DNA of 16,391 bases from a virus. Lineage: Duplodnaviria; Heunggongvirae; Uroviricota; Caudoviricetes. Where the stretch lies: the IMG/VR virus record IMGVR_UViG_641736216_000007; one strand, written 5' to 3'. This document shows positions 7,990 to 14,808 of this stretch, piece by piece (the stretch's first letter is position 1; each line of letters begins with the position of its first letter). Both the position numbers and the translations under genes were made by a program. A model generated the notes under the pieces. It was given only the letters and a program-made list of their open reading frames with translations. It had not been told where the DNA came from and ran no database searches.

Positions 7990-8257
7990 TATATTTGGTT
8001 ATTCTGTTAATCCAGACATGGTATCGAGCTTCTACCATAGCAAGTTTTTTACAAGTTTTCTCTTGAAGCTCCTACAGTAAAAAATATTTTTTATTAATAT
8101 TCTTTTTGCACGATTAAGGATTTATTCCTTTTCCAAATATGTTTGGATTTAATGTACTTTAAAGATGTAATTTATTTCTACTCGGATTTTTGTGAGAAAT
8201 ATTTGTAGTTTTATTTACATTATTAAATTTACATAGGTAGAAGAAGCTATCTTCTTC
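7990..8257 (-). ncRNA. Candidate structured RNA downstream of tRNA(CAU)
   Basis: ORF-free on the minus strand. Hairpins GAAGAAG/CTTCTTC, ATTTCT/AGAAAT, TCCAAA/TTTGGA, AAGGA/TCCTT; pseudoknot-type pairing of GAGCTTC (8071-8065) with GAAGCTC (8032-8026), which lies in the loop of the ATGGTA/TACCAT hairpin (8038-8018). Boundaries uncertain. Confidence 0.4.
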
Positions 8258-8258
8258 A

Positions 8259-8331
8259 TTGCAGGAGAGGGATTCGAACCCTCAACTTTTTGGTAATGAG
8301 CCAAATTTGCTACCATTTGCATTATCCTGCT
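8259..8331 (-). tRNA. tRNA with CAU anticodon (Met/fMet-like, atypical), no encoded CCA
   Basis: AGCAGGA-TA-ATGC-AAATGGTA-GCAA-A-TTTGG-CTCATTA-CCAAA-AAGTT-GAGGG-TTCGAAT-CCCTC-TCCTGCA-A: full 73-nt cloverleaf with A1.A72 mismatch, A10.A25 mismatch and U37. Confidence 0.85.
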
Positions 8332-8984
8332 ATAATGCTATTGTGCCTTGGCCAAAGGACTTATCCAATAGCAATACTCATACTATATAGTTAAACTAAT
8401 AGCTTGATACTGTTATCGCACTCGTCAATAACATATTTGTTTCATATAATTATATGAGAATTGTCCTACTTATTTGAGCTATGATTAAGCTTAGTAGGTT
8501 CCTTATTAGATAGCAAAAACAACAAACAATCTATCTCAAGCAAATATTAATAAATCGCCAAAACTCCAAACGAATATTTTAATCTACTTTTGTTTTAAAC
8601 TGTAAGGGGAGTTTTTATCCTATAGAGAATTTTTTAGTTGTTATTCTCTTCTTTTTACATCCAGAGAAGTCAAGATGTGTCTTAAAAACCCATGCAAAAG
8701 TATGACTTTTTCTACTTTTTTTTACTTAGTGTTTTAATACTAAAATAGGAAAATATAAAATCAATTCGGTAGAAGTTTGTGTTTCAATAATTACTTTAAA
8801 TTTACTTTAAAACTTTGGTGGAATCACCTCTTTCTTACTACTTAAATTTAATAGCCCCCACCAGCTAAAATATACTCCCAGTATCCTCATATGAATTTAT
8901 GCTTAAGATACTTCTCTTCCTTCTATAACAGCAAGAGAGAATTTATTCCTTTATCTTACATAAAAAGAATCTCTACTCTCCAAC
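8332..8984 (-). ncRNA. Candidate large (~650 nt) multi-helix ncRNA between tRNA genes
   Basis: No ORF in the track; at least 12 helices identified by eye, several with G-C pairs and with G.U pairs that only work on the minus strand (for example 8433-8426 with 8418-8411). Family not identified; boundaries approximate. Confidence 0.65.
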
Positions 8985-9107
8985 TTATGAATTTTTTATT
9001 TTTCTGTTTTTGTAGACATCTTTTTTAGGTTTATTTTTTTCATTTTTTTTACTAATTTCATATAATTCATTTATTATATCTTTTTTTAACATATCTCTAA
9101 TTTTCAT
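8985..9107 (-). CDS. Small Lys-rich ORF, 40 aa (MKIRDMLKKDIINELYEISKKNEKNKPKKDVYKNRKIKNS)
   Basis: Strong RBS GGGAGG (9120-9115) before ATG at 9107; TAA at 8987-8985; below the ORF-track length cut-off. Confidence 0.6.
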   Translation of the reverse strand: MKIRDMLKKDIINELYEISKKNEKNKPKKDVYKNRKIKNS

Positions 9108-9126
9108 TTGATGCCTCCCTTTTTAG

Positions 9127-9198
9127 TCGGAATAATAGGATTCGAACCTATGACCTGAGCACCCCAAATGCTCCGCCTTACCACCTGGCTATATCCCG
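9127..9198 (-). tRNA. tRNA-Pro(UGG), no encoded CCA (followed by CTA)
   Basis: CGGGATA-TA-GCC-AGGTGGTAA-GGC-G-GAGCA-TTTGGGG-TGCTC-AGGTC-ATAGG-TTCGAAT-CCTAT-TATTCCG-A; C1-G72, A73, G35-G36 and G37 fit Pro identity. Confidence 0.92.
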
Positions 9199-9199
9199 A

Positions 9200-9470
9200 A
9201 AATAACTCATCCTTCGTAAGGAACACGAACTTGATCACAAATATACCTGAGATTTACTCTATATTTAATAGTAATAAATCTCAGTTTTAAAATAAAAAAA
9301 TGGTTGCAATTCTATCTTTTAAAAGGGGGAATACATTATCAACAAATTTATAGCTAAACTATTTTTATTATATAAGCAACCATTCATAAATTTTGAGAGA
9401 TAGAATGTCCCTGCTAATTTTATTCTTACTTAAAGTTTACATTTCAGATGAGGTGCTTCACCTTCGTTTT
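9200..9470 (-). ncRNA. Candidate ~270-nt structured RNA with crossed (pseudoknot) helices
   Basis: Two perfect 9-bp pairings in crossed order (9406-9398 with 9317-9309; 9384-9376 with 9307-9299), a perfect 10-bp stem (9284-9275 with 9256-9247), small AGGTG/CACCT and TCCTT/AAGGA hairpins; no ORF. Confidence 0.55.
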
Positions 9471-9491
9471 ATAAAAATTACTTAATAATGA

Positions 9492-9551
9492 TTCCAAAGC
9501 TCTGATTTGAACTGACTATTAACAGTTCTCTCCTACTTGAGAAGCTTCGGT
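9492..9551 (-). pseudogene. Truncated tRNA-like element (60 nt)
   Basis: Acceptor-like stem ACCGAAG/CTTTGGA plus A then TCA, D-like hairpin TCTC-AAGTAG-GAGA, GTTCAAATC T-loop motif with an imperfect T-stem; too short to hold both anticodon and T arms. Confidence 0.5.
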
Positions 9552-9581
9552 ATTTTCCTTTTTCTGTAATTTTATATTCTA

Positions 9582-9610
9582 AATATATCATTTTTTTATT
9601 TTCATGTCAA
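9582..9610 (-). promoter_or_regulatory. sigmaA-type promoter for the RNA cluster
   Basis: TTGACA (9610-9605), 17-nt spacer ending in TGA (extended -10 TGn), TATATT (9587-9582). Confidence 0.8.
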
Positions 9611-9721
9611 CTTTTTTAACAAAAAAATTTTTTATAAAAAACGTAATCATTTATTTTTTTTATTTATATTAAATAAAACTATATAATAACAAATATTAAT
9701 AATAAAGGAGTTGTAAATTTT

Positions 9722-10471
9722 ATGAAAAATATAAACAAATTAAACATTTTGGATAAAGGTATCGATGCATCCAATTATATTATAAATAAGTTTAAACATA
9801 TTCTGGATATTTTTAATAACAGTAAAGAAAATAAATATAAATTGTTAACTGAAGATTTATTTTTAGATGTTGAAGACTTATCTTATTTTTTTAATACTTT
9901 TGAAAACATATTTGATTCAGAGGAGCTAAATGCTTTCCAAGAATTTTATTTAAAAAGTCTAATTGATATAATTAATAATAAAATTAACCATGATAATATC
10001 CATTTTAATATAAATACAAATCAGAAAATTTATTTTTTAGATGTTATCTTTACAGAACATAACAAAGAATATAATTTATTAACTTTAGACCCTTATTTAA
10101 AAACAATTAAAGAAAAAGAATACCAGTATATATTAAACATAAATAATTGTATTTCTGAAAAAAAAATAGAACTCAATAAATTAAAAGAATATGAACTTTA
10201 TTTATACTCTATTTCCCAATCCCCTCAGATGTTATCCAATGATAATATTTTAAAAATGGTTGATATTAGATTAAGAACAAAAAAGTATTTAAATGAAATA
10301 CAAAAAGAAATGGTTGCAAATTCTAATAACATAAATAGATTAGCCGAAGAAATTATTACATATAAAGTATTATTAGAAGAAGAATATAAAAACATAACAA
10401 ATATCGATGTTTTAAAAACTAATTTTTTAGATAAGCTAATAGTTTTCTTTAATTTTAAAAAATTAGTCTAA
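9722..10471 (+). CDS. Hypothetical protein, 249 aa, with coiled-coil-like C-terminal half
   Basis: Long ORF with AAGGAG upstream, divergent from the RNA cluster; no recognised family. Confidence 0.75.
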   Translation: MKNINKLNILDKGIDASNYIINKFKHILDIFNNSKENKYKLLTEDLFLDVEDLSYFFNTFENIFDSEELNAFQEFYLKSLIDIINNKINHDNIHFNINTNQKIYFLDVIFTEHNKEYNLLTLDPYLKTIKEKEYQYILNINNCISEKKIELNKLKEYELYLYSISQSPQMLSNDNILKMVDIRLRTKKYLNEIQKEMVANSNNINRLAEEIITYKVLLEEEYKNITNIDVLKTNFLDKLIVFFNFKKLV

Positions 10472-10524
10472 TATACTATATATTGATTAATTTATAAATA
10501 TAAGACTATATATAGTATTTTTAA

Positions 10525-10553
10525 TTGACTTTTGATATTTATTATTTTATTAT
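10525..10553 (+). promoter_or_regulatory. sigmaA-type promoter for the signal peptidase gene
   Basis: TTGACT (10525-10530), 17-nt spacer, TATTAT (10548-10553). Confidence 0.55.
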
Positions 10554-10674
10554 ATAAATTAAATATATATTTACATTTTATATATAAAACACTATCACTA
10601 CATTTTATATATTCATATATATATATAAATAATATTAATTAGCTATATTTATAGTTAATTTAGGAGGACTAAAA

Positions 10675-11199
10675 ATGAGTAAAAAACAAGTAAATGAAAA
10701 GTTTACTTTTAAAGATATAATCGTAACAGTAATATTAAGTGTAATAGCTTTTTTATTAATTTCTTCTGTTATACGTTTAACTACAGTAATGGGACATTCA
10801 ATGTCCCAAACTTTATATGATGGAGAAAAACTAATAATAAGTAAAATAGCATATAATAAAGAAGATCCAAAATATAAAGACGTGGTTGTAATTAAAAGAA
10901 GTGACCTAAATGTAAAATATATAATAAAAAGAGTTATTGCTGTTGAAGGGGATACTTTGAAAATAATAAATAATAAATTATATATAAATGATAAATTAAT
11001 TGAAGAAAATTATATAAATGAAAAAATGCAAACAAGCGACTTAGAGATAAAAATACCTAAAGATAAAATCTTTGTTATGGGTGATAACAGGAATAATAGC
11101 ATAGACAGTAGAAGCTCCATAATTGGTCTAATTGATCAAAAAGATATTGAAGGAAAAGTAATCTTTAATCTAAGTCAATTTAAAAAATTTAAATCTTAA
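10675..11199 (+). CDS. lepB: Signal peptidase I (S26 family)
   Basis: N-terminal TM helix, catalytic Ser box VMGHSMSQTL, catalytic Lys box YIIKRVIA, box E FVMGDNRNNSIDSR; RBS AGGAGG. Confidence 0.95.
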   Translation: MSKKQVNEKFTFKDIIVTVILSVIAFLLISSVIRLTTVMGHSMSQTLYDGEKLIISKIAYNKEDPKYKDVVVIKRSDLNVKYIIKRVIAVEGDTLKIINNKLYINDKLIEENYINEKMQTSDLEIKIPKDKIFVMGDNRNNSIDSRSSIIGLIDQKDIEGKVIFNLSQFKKFKS

Positions 11200-11236
11200 A
11201 AAGAAAGAGGTATTTATTAAATACCTCTTTCTTTTT
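11198..11236 (+). terminator. Intrinsic terminator after the signal peptidase gene
   Basis: Perfect 18-bp inverted repeat AAAAAGAAAGAGGTATTT-ATT-AAATACCTCTTTCTTTTT. Confidence 0.85.
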
Positions 11237-11323
11237 ATTTAGACATTCTTAAATTTGTTATAAGAAATTTTTTTAGAAATAGAATAATTTATAGAATATT
11301 ACTAAAGAAAGGTGTTTAATACT

Positions 11324-11755
11324 ATGCTATTTATATTTCTAATTTGTTTTATATATATATCAATAAATTCAGTAAATATAATATTTACTGATAAAATTAT
11401 ATTATATTTGTTAAAAAACACTACTTCCAAAGACAATATCTTCTTTAAATCCCAGTTATATAAACTACTATTATTTATAATTAATTTAGCTCCTTTAATA
11501 TTAGTTATACTAAGATCCTCTCATATACAGATTAAATATTTGTTAATAGTATTCTATGCTATATGGATTACATTATCATTTTGCCTTTATTTTAATACTA
11601 AATTTGTATTGCATATTTTAGATTTGAAATATGATATTGATAAGATTCCATCTTATTATAGTAAGGATTTTTTATTTGCTATAATAAATATAAGTAATAA
11701 TAAACTTACCCTAAAGTATAGATTTTTTAAGAAGAGATTGGAGATTGATTTTTGA
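11324..11755 (+). CDS. Hypothetical membrane protein (about three TM segments)
   Basis: ORF track starts at GTG 11312, but that GTG is inside the RBS (AAAGGTG), so ATG 11324 is preferred; hydrophobic segments; TGA stop lies within the IS end. Confidence 0.7.
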   Translation: MLFIFLICFIYISINSVNIIFTDKIILYLLKNTTSKDNIFFKSQLYKLLLFIINLAPLILVILRSSHIQIKYLLIVFYAIWITLSFCLYFNTKFVLHILDLKYDIDKIPSYYSKDFLFAIINISNNKLTLKYRFFKKRLEIDF

Positions 11756-11905
11756 CACATTCCCCATAACTAAAACAAGGGTATTCTTGGTGGCTAACTC
11801 ACTTATTTATACTTAGACAGTACAACAGAGGTGGTTAACAAAGCCAAGCTACTTATGAACGGTATCTTCGCCACTACTACCTTATATGGTCGATAATTTT
11901 AAGTA
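11752..11905 (-). mobile_element. Non-autonomous IS200/IS605-family miniature element (no tnpA/tnpB)
   Basis: Minus strand ends ...CCAAGAATACCCTTGTTTTAGTTATGGGGAATGTGTCAA, resembling IS200/IS605 right ends (subterminal hairpin then TCAA). The other end has a TCGACCA/TGGCGA hairpin and follows TTTAT (11910-11906), a TAM-like motif. Left boundary inferred. Confidence 0.65.
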
Positions 11906-11912
11906 ATAAATC

Positions 11913-11948
11913 AAATAAAAAGAAAACCTTAAGGTTTTCTTTTTATTT
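11913..11948. terminator. Bidirectional terminator between convergent genes
   Basis: Perfect 36-bp palindrome AAATAAAAAGAAAACCTT/AAGGTTTTCTTTTTATTT. Confidence 0.85.
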
Positions 11949-12630
11949 AACAGGATAATCCATTCTTAAAGGCAATCTGTGCAGATTCTAATATGTTTGA
12001 AATCTCCCTTATCGTATCTTCTAAAATTTTATTATTTTCAAATCCTGCTAATTTTATGTTGAAAGAGAGAAAAATTCCATAAGATTCTTCTTCTTTTTGA
12101 AAAAATACATCTGAGTTTATAACATCAAAAAATTCTCCTTCTTTTATAAAAGGGGCTATTATTTTAGGCATTCTTAATACTGCAAATTTATGCATAAATC
12201 CTTGTTGTTTTGTGATTTCTCTAAAGCTTTCTTCTGAATCAATATCAAAATAATCTCTAATAAAAGAAATGGGAATAATAAAAGCTTTTCTCAAAGAAAT
12301 TATCTCTTTCTCAACGTTTTCAGATACTTTTATGCCCAATTTTTCGAAATCTAAAAATTCACTTATTTTTTGTATTATAATTTCATATTCTTCTAACAAT
12401 TCTTCTTGCGTTTTTATACAATTGCTATTAGAAAGGATTGTATTTCTAAAATCATTAAAATTTATATTTTTATTTTTTAATAATTCAAACACATCTTCAT
12501 CTATAGTTTGTTTTTCTAACATATCTTTAGCAAAAAATATTAAACTATTAATTATTATCTCTGGATAATCTTTTAGCAATTCTCTTTTACAGTCCAAAAG
12601 AGAATCTCCTAATTTATTAAATTTATTCAT
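11947..12630 (-). CDS. Hypothetical protein, 227 aa
   Basis: Long ORF with GAGGTG upstream; no recognised family. Confidence 0.8.
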   Translation of the reverse strand: MNKFNKLGDSLLDCKRELLKDYPEIIINSLIFFAKDMLEKQTIDEDVFELLKNKNINFNDFRNTILSNSNCIKTQEELLEEYEIIIQKISEFLDFEKLGIKVSENVEKEIISLRKAFIIPISFIRDYFDIDSEESFREITKQQGFMHKFAVLRMPKIIAPFIKEGEFFDVINSDVFFQKEEESYGIFLSFNIKLAGFENNKILEDTIREISNILESAQIAFKNGLSC

Positions 12631-12714
12631 TTTATTATAATTTCACCTCTTTGTATTTAATTTTTTTTTATTATATACATTTAAAATCTATTTATTACTA
12701 AAACTTTATATAAA

Positions 12715-12746
12715 AATAAGTTACCTAAATATTTAGATAACTTATT
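12715..12746 (-). terminator. Terminator-like hairpin closing the orphan small transcript
   Basis: AATAAGTTATCTAAAT/ATTTAGGTAACTTATT near-perfect palindrome whose single irregularity is a G.U pair on the minus strand, followed by TTT. Confidence 0.6.
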
Positions 12747-12945
12747 AGTCAATTTTGCTAATATATTTTTTTTAATAATAATTCAAAGTCTAATTTCATG
12801 GCATAGTCAGATTTGTCGCACTGAATTTTACATGTATACTCAAATAAGTTTACATGTCTTCCTGCTATTCTACTCATATTATCTTATTATTGGATTAATA
12901 CTATAGCCATCCCTGCTTTATTATTAACTCAAATTTTTATTTATT
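12747..12945 (-). ncRNA. Candidate stand-alone sRNA with rod-like fold (6S-like, unproven)
   Basis: Lies between a strong promoter and a terminator; ATGGCTATAGT (12910-12900) pairs with ACTATGCCAT (12807-12798); flanking AAAG/CTTT and TAATAAT/ATTATTA extend the rod; no ORF with a good RBS. Confidence 0.4.
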
Positions 12946-12951
12946 AATAGT

Positions 12952-12980
12952 ATTTTATCACTTCTTCACTAATATTTCAA
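12952..12980 (-). promoter_or_regulatory. sigmaA-type promoter with extended -10
   Basis: TTGAAA (12980-12975), 17-nt spacer ending in TGA, TAAAAT (12957-12952). Confidence 0.7.
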
Positions 12981-13180
12981 CATTAATATTGTTTATAAAA
13001 AACAAAACAATTAATTTTCGGAATATTCACAACTACCCAGAACAATAACCTATATTAATATACTAAAAAATAATTTTTGTCAAGTTTATTTAAAAAAAAC
13101 ACTAAAAAATACTCAAAAACTAATTTTTCCTATACTACAATAGAAATAGCCAAATATATTTTATTTATAAGAGTTAATGA

Positions 13181-13495
13181 TTATTCCCAATCAAAAAGTA
13201 TACTTTCCCACATTGATAAATTATAGCTTATATCTTCAAATATCTTTTTTATATTGTTAAGGCCATTTCCATTTTGAATAAATTTGCAATGTTCCTTATA
13301 ATCATTTTCGAACTCTTTTTTTATATTAAGAAATTTAGAAGCACTTATTTCTATATATTCATTTTTGTTATGAGGATCAAAGAAATCTATAAAGTTTTTG
13401 AGAAAGTCAAATTCGCTTTGAGATAATTCATTTGATCTTAAAAATACATCCTGCTCTAATTTTTCTATGATAACGTTTACATTATAATAAAACAT
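13181..13495 (-). CDS. Hypothetical protein, 104 aa
   Basis: ORF with AAGGGG upstream; no recognised family. Confidence 0.7.
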   Translation of the reverse strand: MFYYNVNVIIEKLEQDVFLRSNELSQSEFDFLKNFIDFFDPHNKNEYIEISASKFLNIKKEFENDYKEHCKFIQNGNGLNNIKKIFEDISYNLSMWESILFDWE

Positions 13496-13752
13496 AAGAA
13501 ATACCCCCTTATTTTAACAAGAAAAGATATATAGGGCCCTTTACAAATTCTAATATCTTTATTGTTGTACATAAATTTGTTACTTGTTCTTATGGATTAT
13601 AATATCATTGTTTGTTGAATTTTAAAATAAGGAATCGAAAAAACCAATATTTTACAAAATTTAATTCTTTATGATATTATAATATATTATAAAGGAAAAG
13701 GAGTAGCTGGGATTATTACTAAAATATTTAATCTCTGGCATTAAGAAAATAT

Positions 13753-14808
13753 ATGTTTAATATAAAGGTCATAATAGATAATAAAAACAAAACACACTAT
13801 ATACACTATATTAATTCAAAGCAAATTAAAGATAAAAAAATAAATTATCCTGGAGAGGATTTAATAGAATTCTTACTAATGGATCTAACTGAATATAAAA
13901 ATAAACTAAACCGATACTTTATAAATAATAAAATAATTATTGAAGATATAGAAAATAATTACGATAATCTCCACAATATTATATACCATATAGCAGAACT
14001 TATAAAAAATAAACATGATATTGCTTATTCTTATTTAGTTAGCAAAATAGAATTTGTATTTCTAAGCGAGAAGAACATTTTAAACCAACTACATCTTGCT
14101 TTTAGAGCTTTAGAAGAAATAATTAGATTGCAAGAGATTTTTAAAGAAGGTGCTGAGATTTGTCTTAACGCAGAATCTTTAACGAAATTAACACAAAGTG
14201 AACGATTTATTCTATTTTTAGATAAACACCCTCAATATGAAAATTTTTCTTTTAAGACATCTCACTCTCTAACTCTTGTGAAAAATGGTGAATCAGATTT
14301 ATATAAGATAAATGACATAAATAATAACAATACCAATTATAAAACAAAACATCCTCCTCTTGCATATAAACAATTTGAAGAAGTAAATCCAATAAAGTAT
14401 TTAATTTTAGAAGAGTTAGAAGAATTTTTATTCTATGAGTTTGCAGAAATGTGTAAATTAGAGTTAAAAATTAAAAAATGTCAGCTATGTGGTGAATTTT
14501 TTATACTTAAAAGTAAACATAATGCTTATTATTGTAATAGAATTTATGAAAATAATCTTACATGTAACCAAATTGGCATTAAAAAAACATATAAACTAAA
14601 AATATCCAACAACCCTACTTTAAAAGAATATGAACGTATATATAATGCAAAATATGCAAAAATGAAAAGAGATGAATTAAAAGAAAATTCTATAGGAGAA
14701 TCAAAAGAAGATTTTATGAAATGGTCTAAAATTGCACAAAAACTAAGAAAACAATACATTAACAATGAAATAACAAAAGAAGATTTTTTGCTTCGACTAT
14801 CTTTATAG
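13753..14808 (+). CDS. DUF6076-type protein with C-terminal Cys cluster
   Basis: IKKCQLCGEFFI...AYYCNR...TCNQIG followed by the helical tail EYERIYNAKYAK...FMKWSK...YINNEITKEDF matches the DUF6076 pattern, recognised by eye. The RBS is weak, so the start is uncertain. Confidence 0.7.
   Translation: MFNIKVIIDNKNKTHYIHYINSKQIKDKKINYPGEDLIEFLLMDLTEYKNKLNRYFINNKIIIEDIENNYDNLHNIIYHIAELIKNKHDIAYSYLVSKIEFVFLSEKNILNQLHLAFRALEEIIRLQEIFKEGAEICLNAESLTKLTQSERFILFLDKHPQYENFSFKTSHSLTLVKNGESDLYKINDINNNNTNYKTKHPPLAYKQFEEVNPIKYLILEELEEFLFYEFAEMCKLELKIKKCQLCGEFFILKSKHNAYYCNRIYENNLTCNQIGIKKTYKLKISNNPTLKEYERIYNAKYAKMKRDELKENSIGESKEDFMKWSKIAQKLRKQYINNEITKEDFLLRLSL

Noticed and set aside
7660-8010. 116-aa plus-strand ORF
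   Set aside because: Antisense to 7605..7958, which has an RBS and a CxxC-CxxC motif.
8000-8257. Theta/HDV-like, hammerhead, pistol or twister ribozyme after the tRNA
   Set aside because: The pairing order lacks P3/L3 and P1.1 of HDV-like ribozymes, and no CUGANGA/GAAA or other catalytic cores are visible.
8332-8984. RNase P, group I or group II intron as identity of the large RNA
   Set aside because: No GAGGAAAGUCC P4 motif, no recognisable group I P7 core, and no group II domain V sequence seen on either strand.
10473-10518. 11-bp inverted repeat after the 249-aa gene
   Set aside because: Almost pure TA-dinucleotide sequence; expected by chance in this composition.
12269-12568. 99-aa plus-strand ORF
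   Set aside because: Antisense shadow inside 11947..12630.
14544-14765. 73-aa minus-strand ORF
   Set aside because: Antisense shadow inside the DUF6076-type gene.
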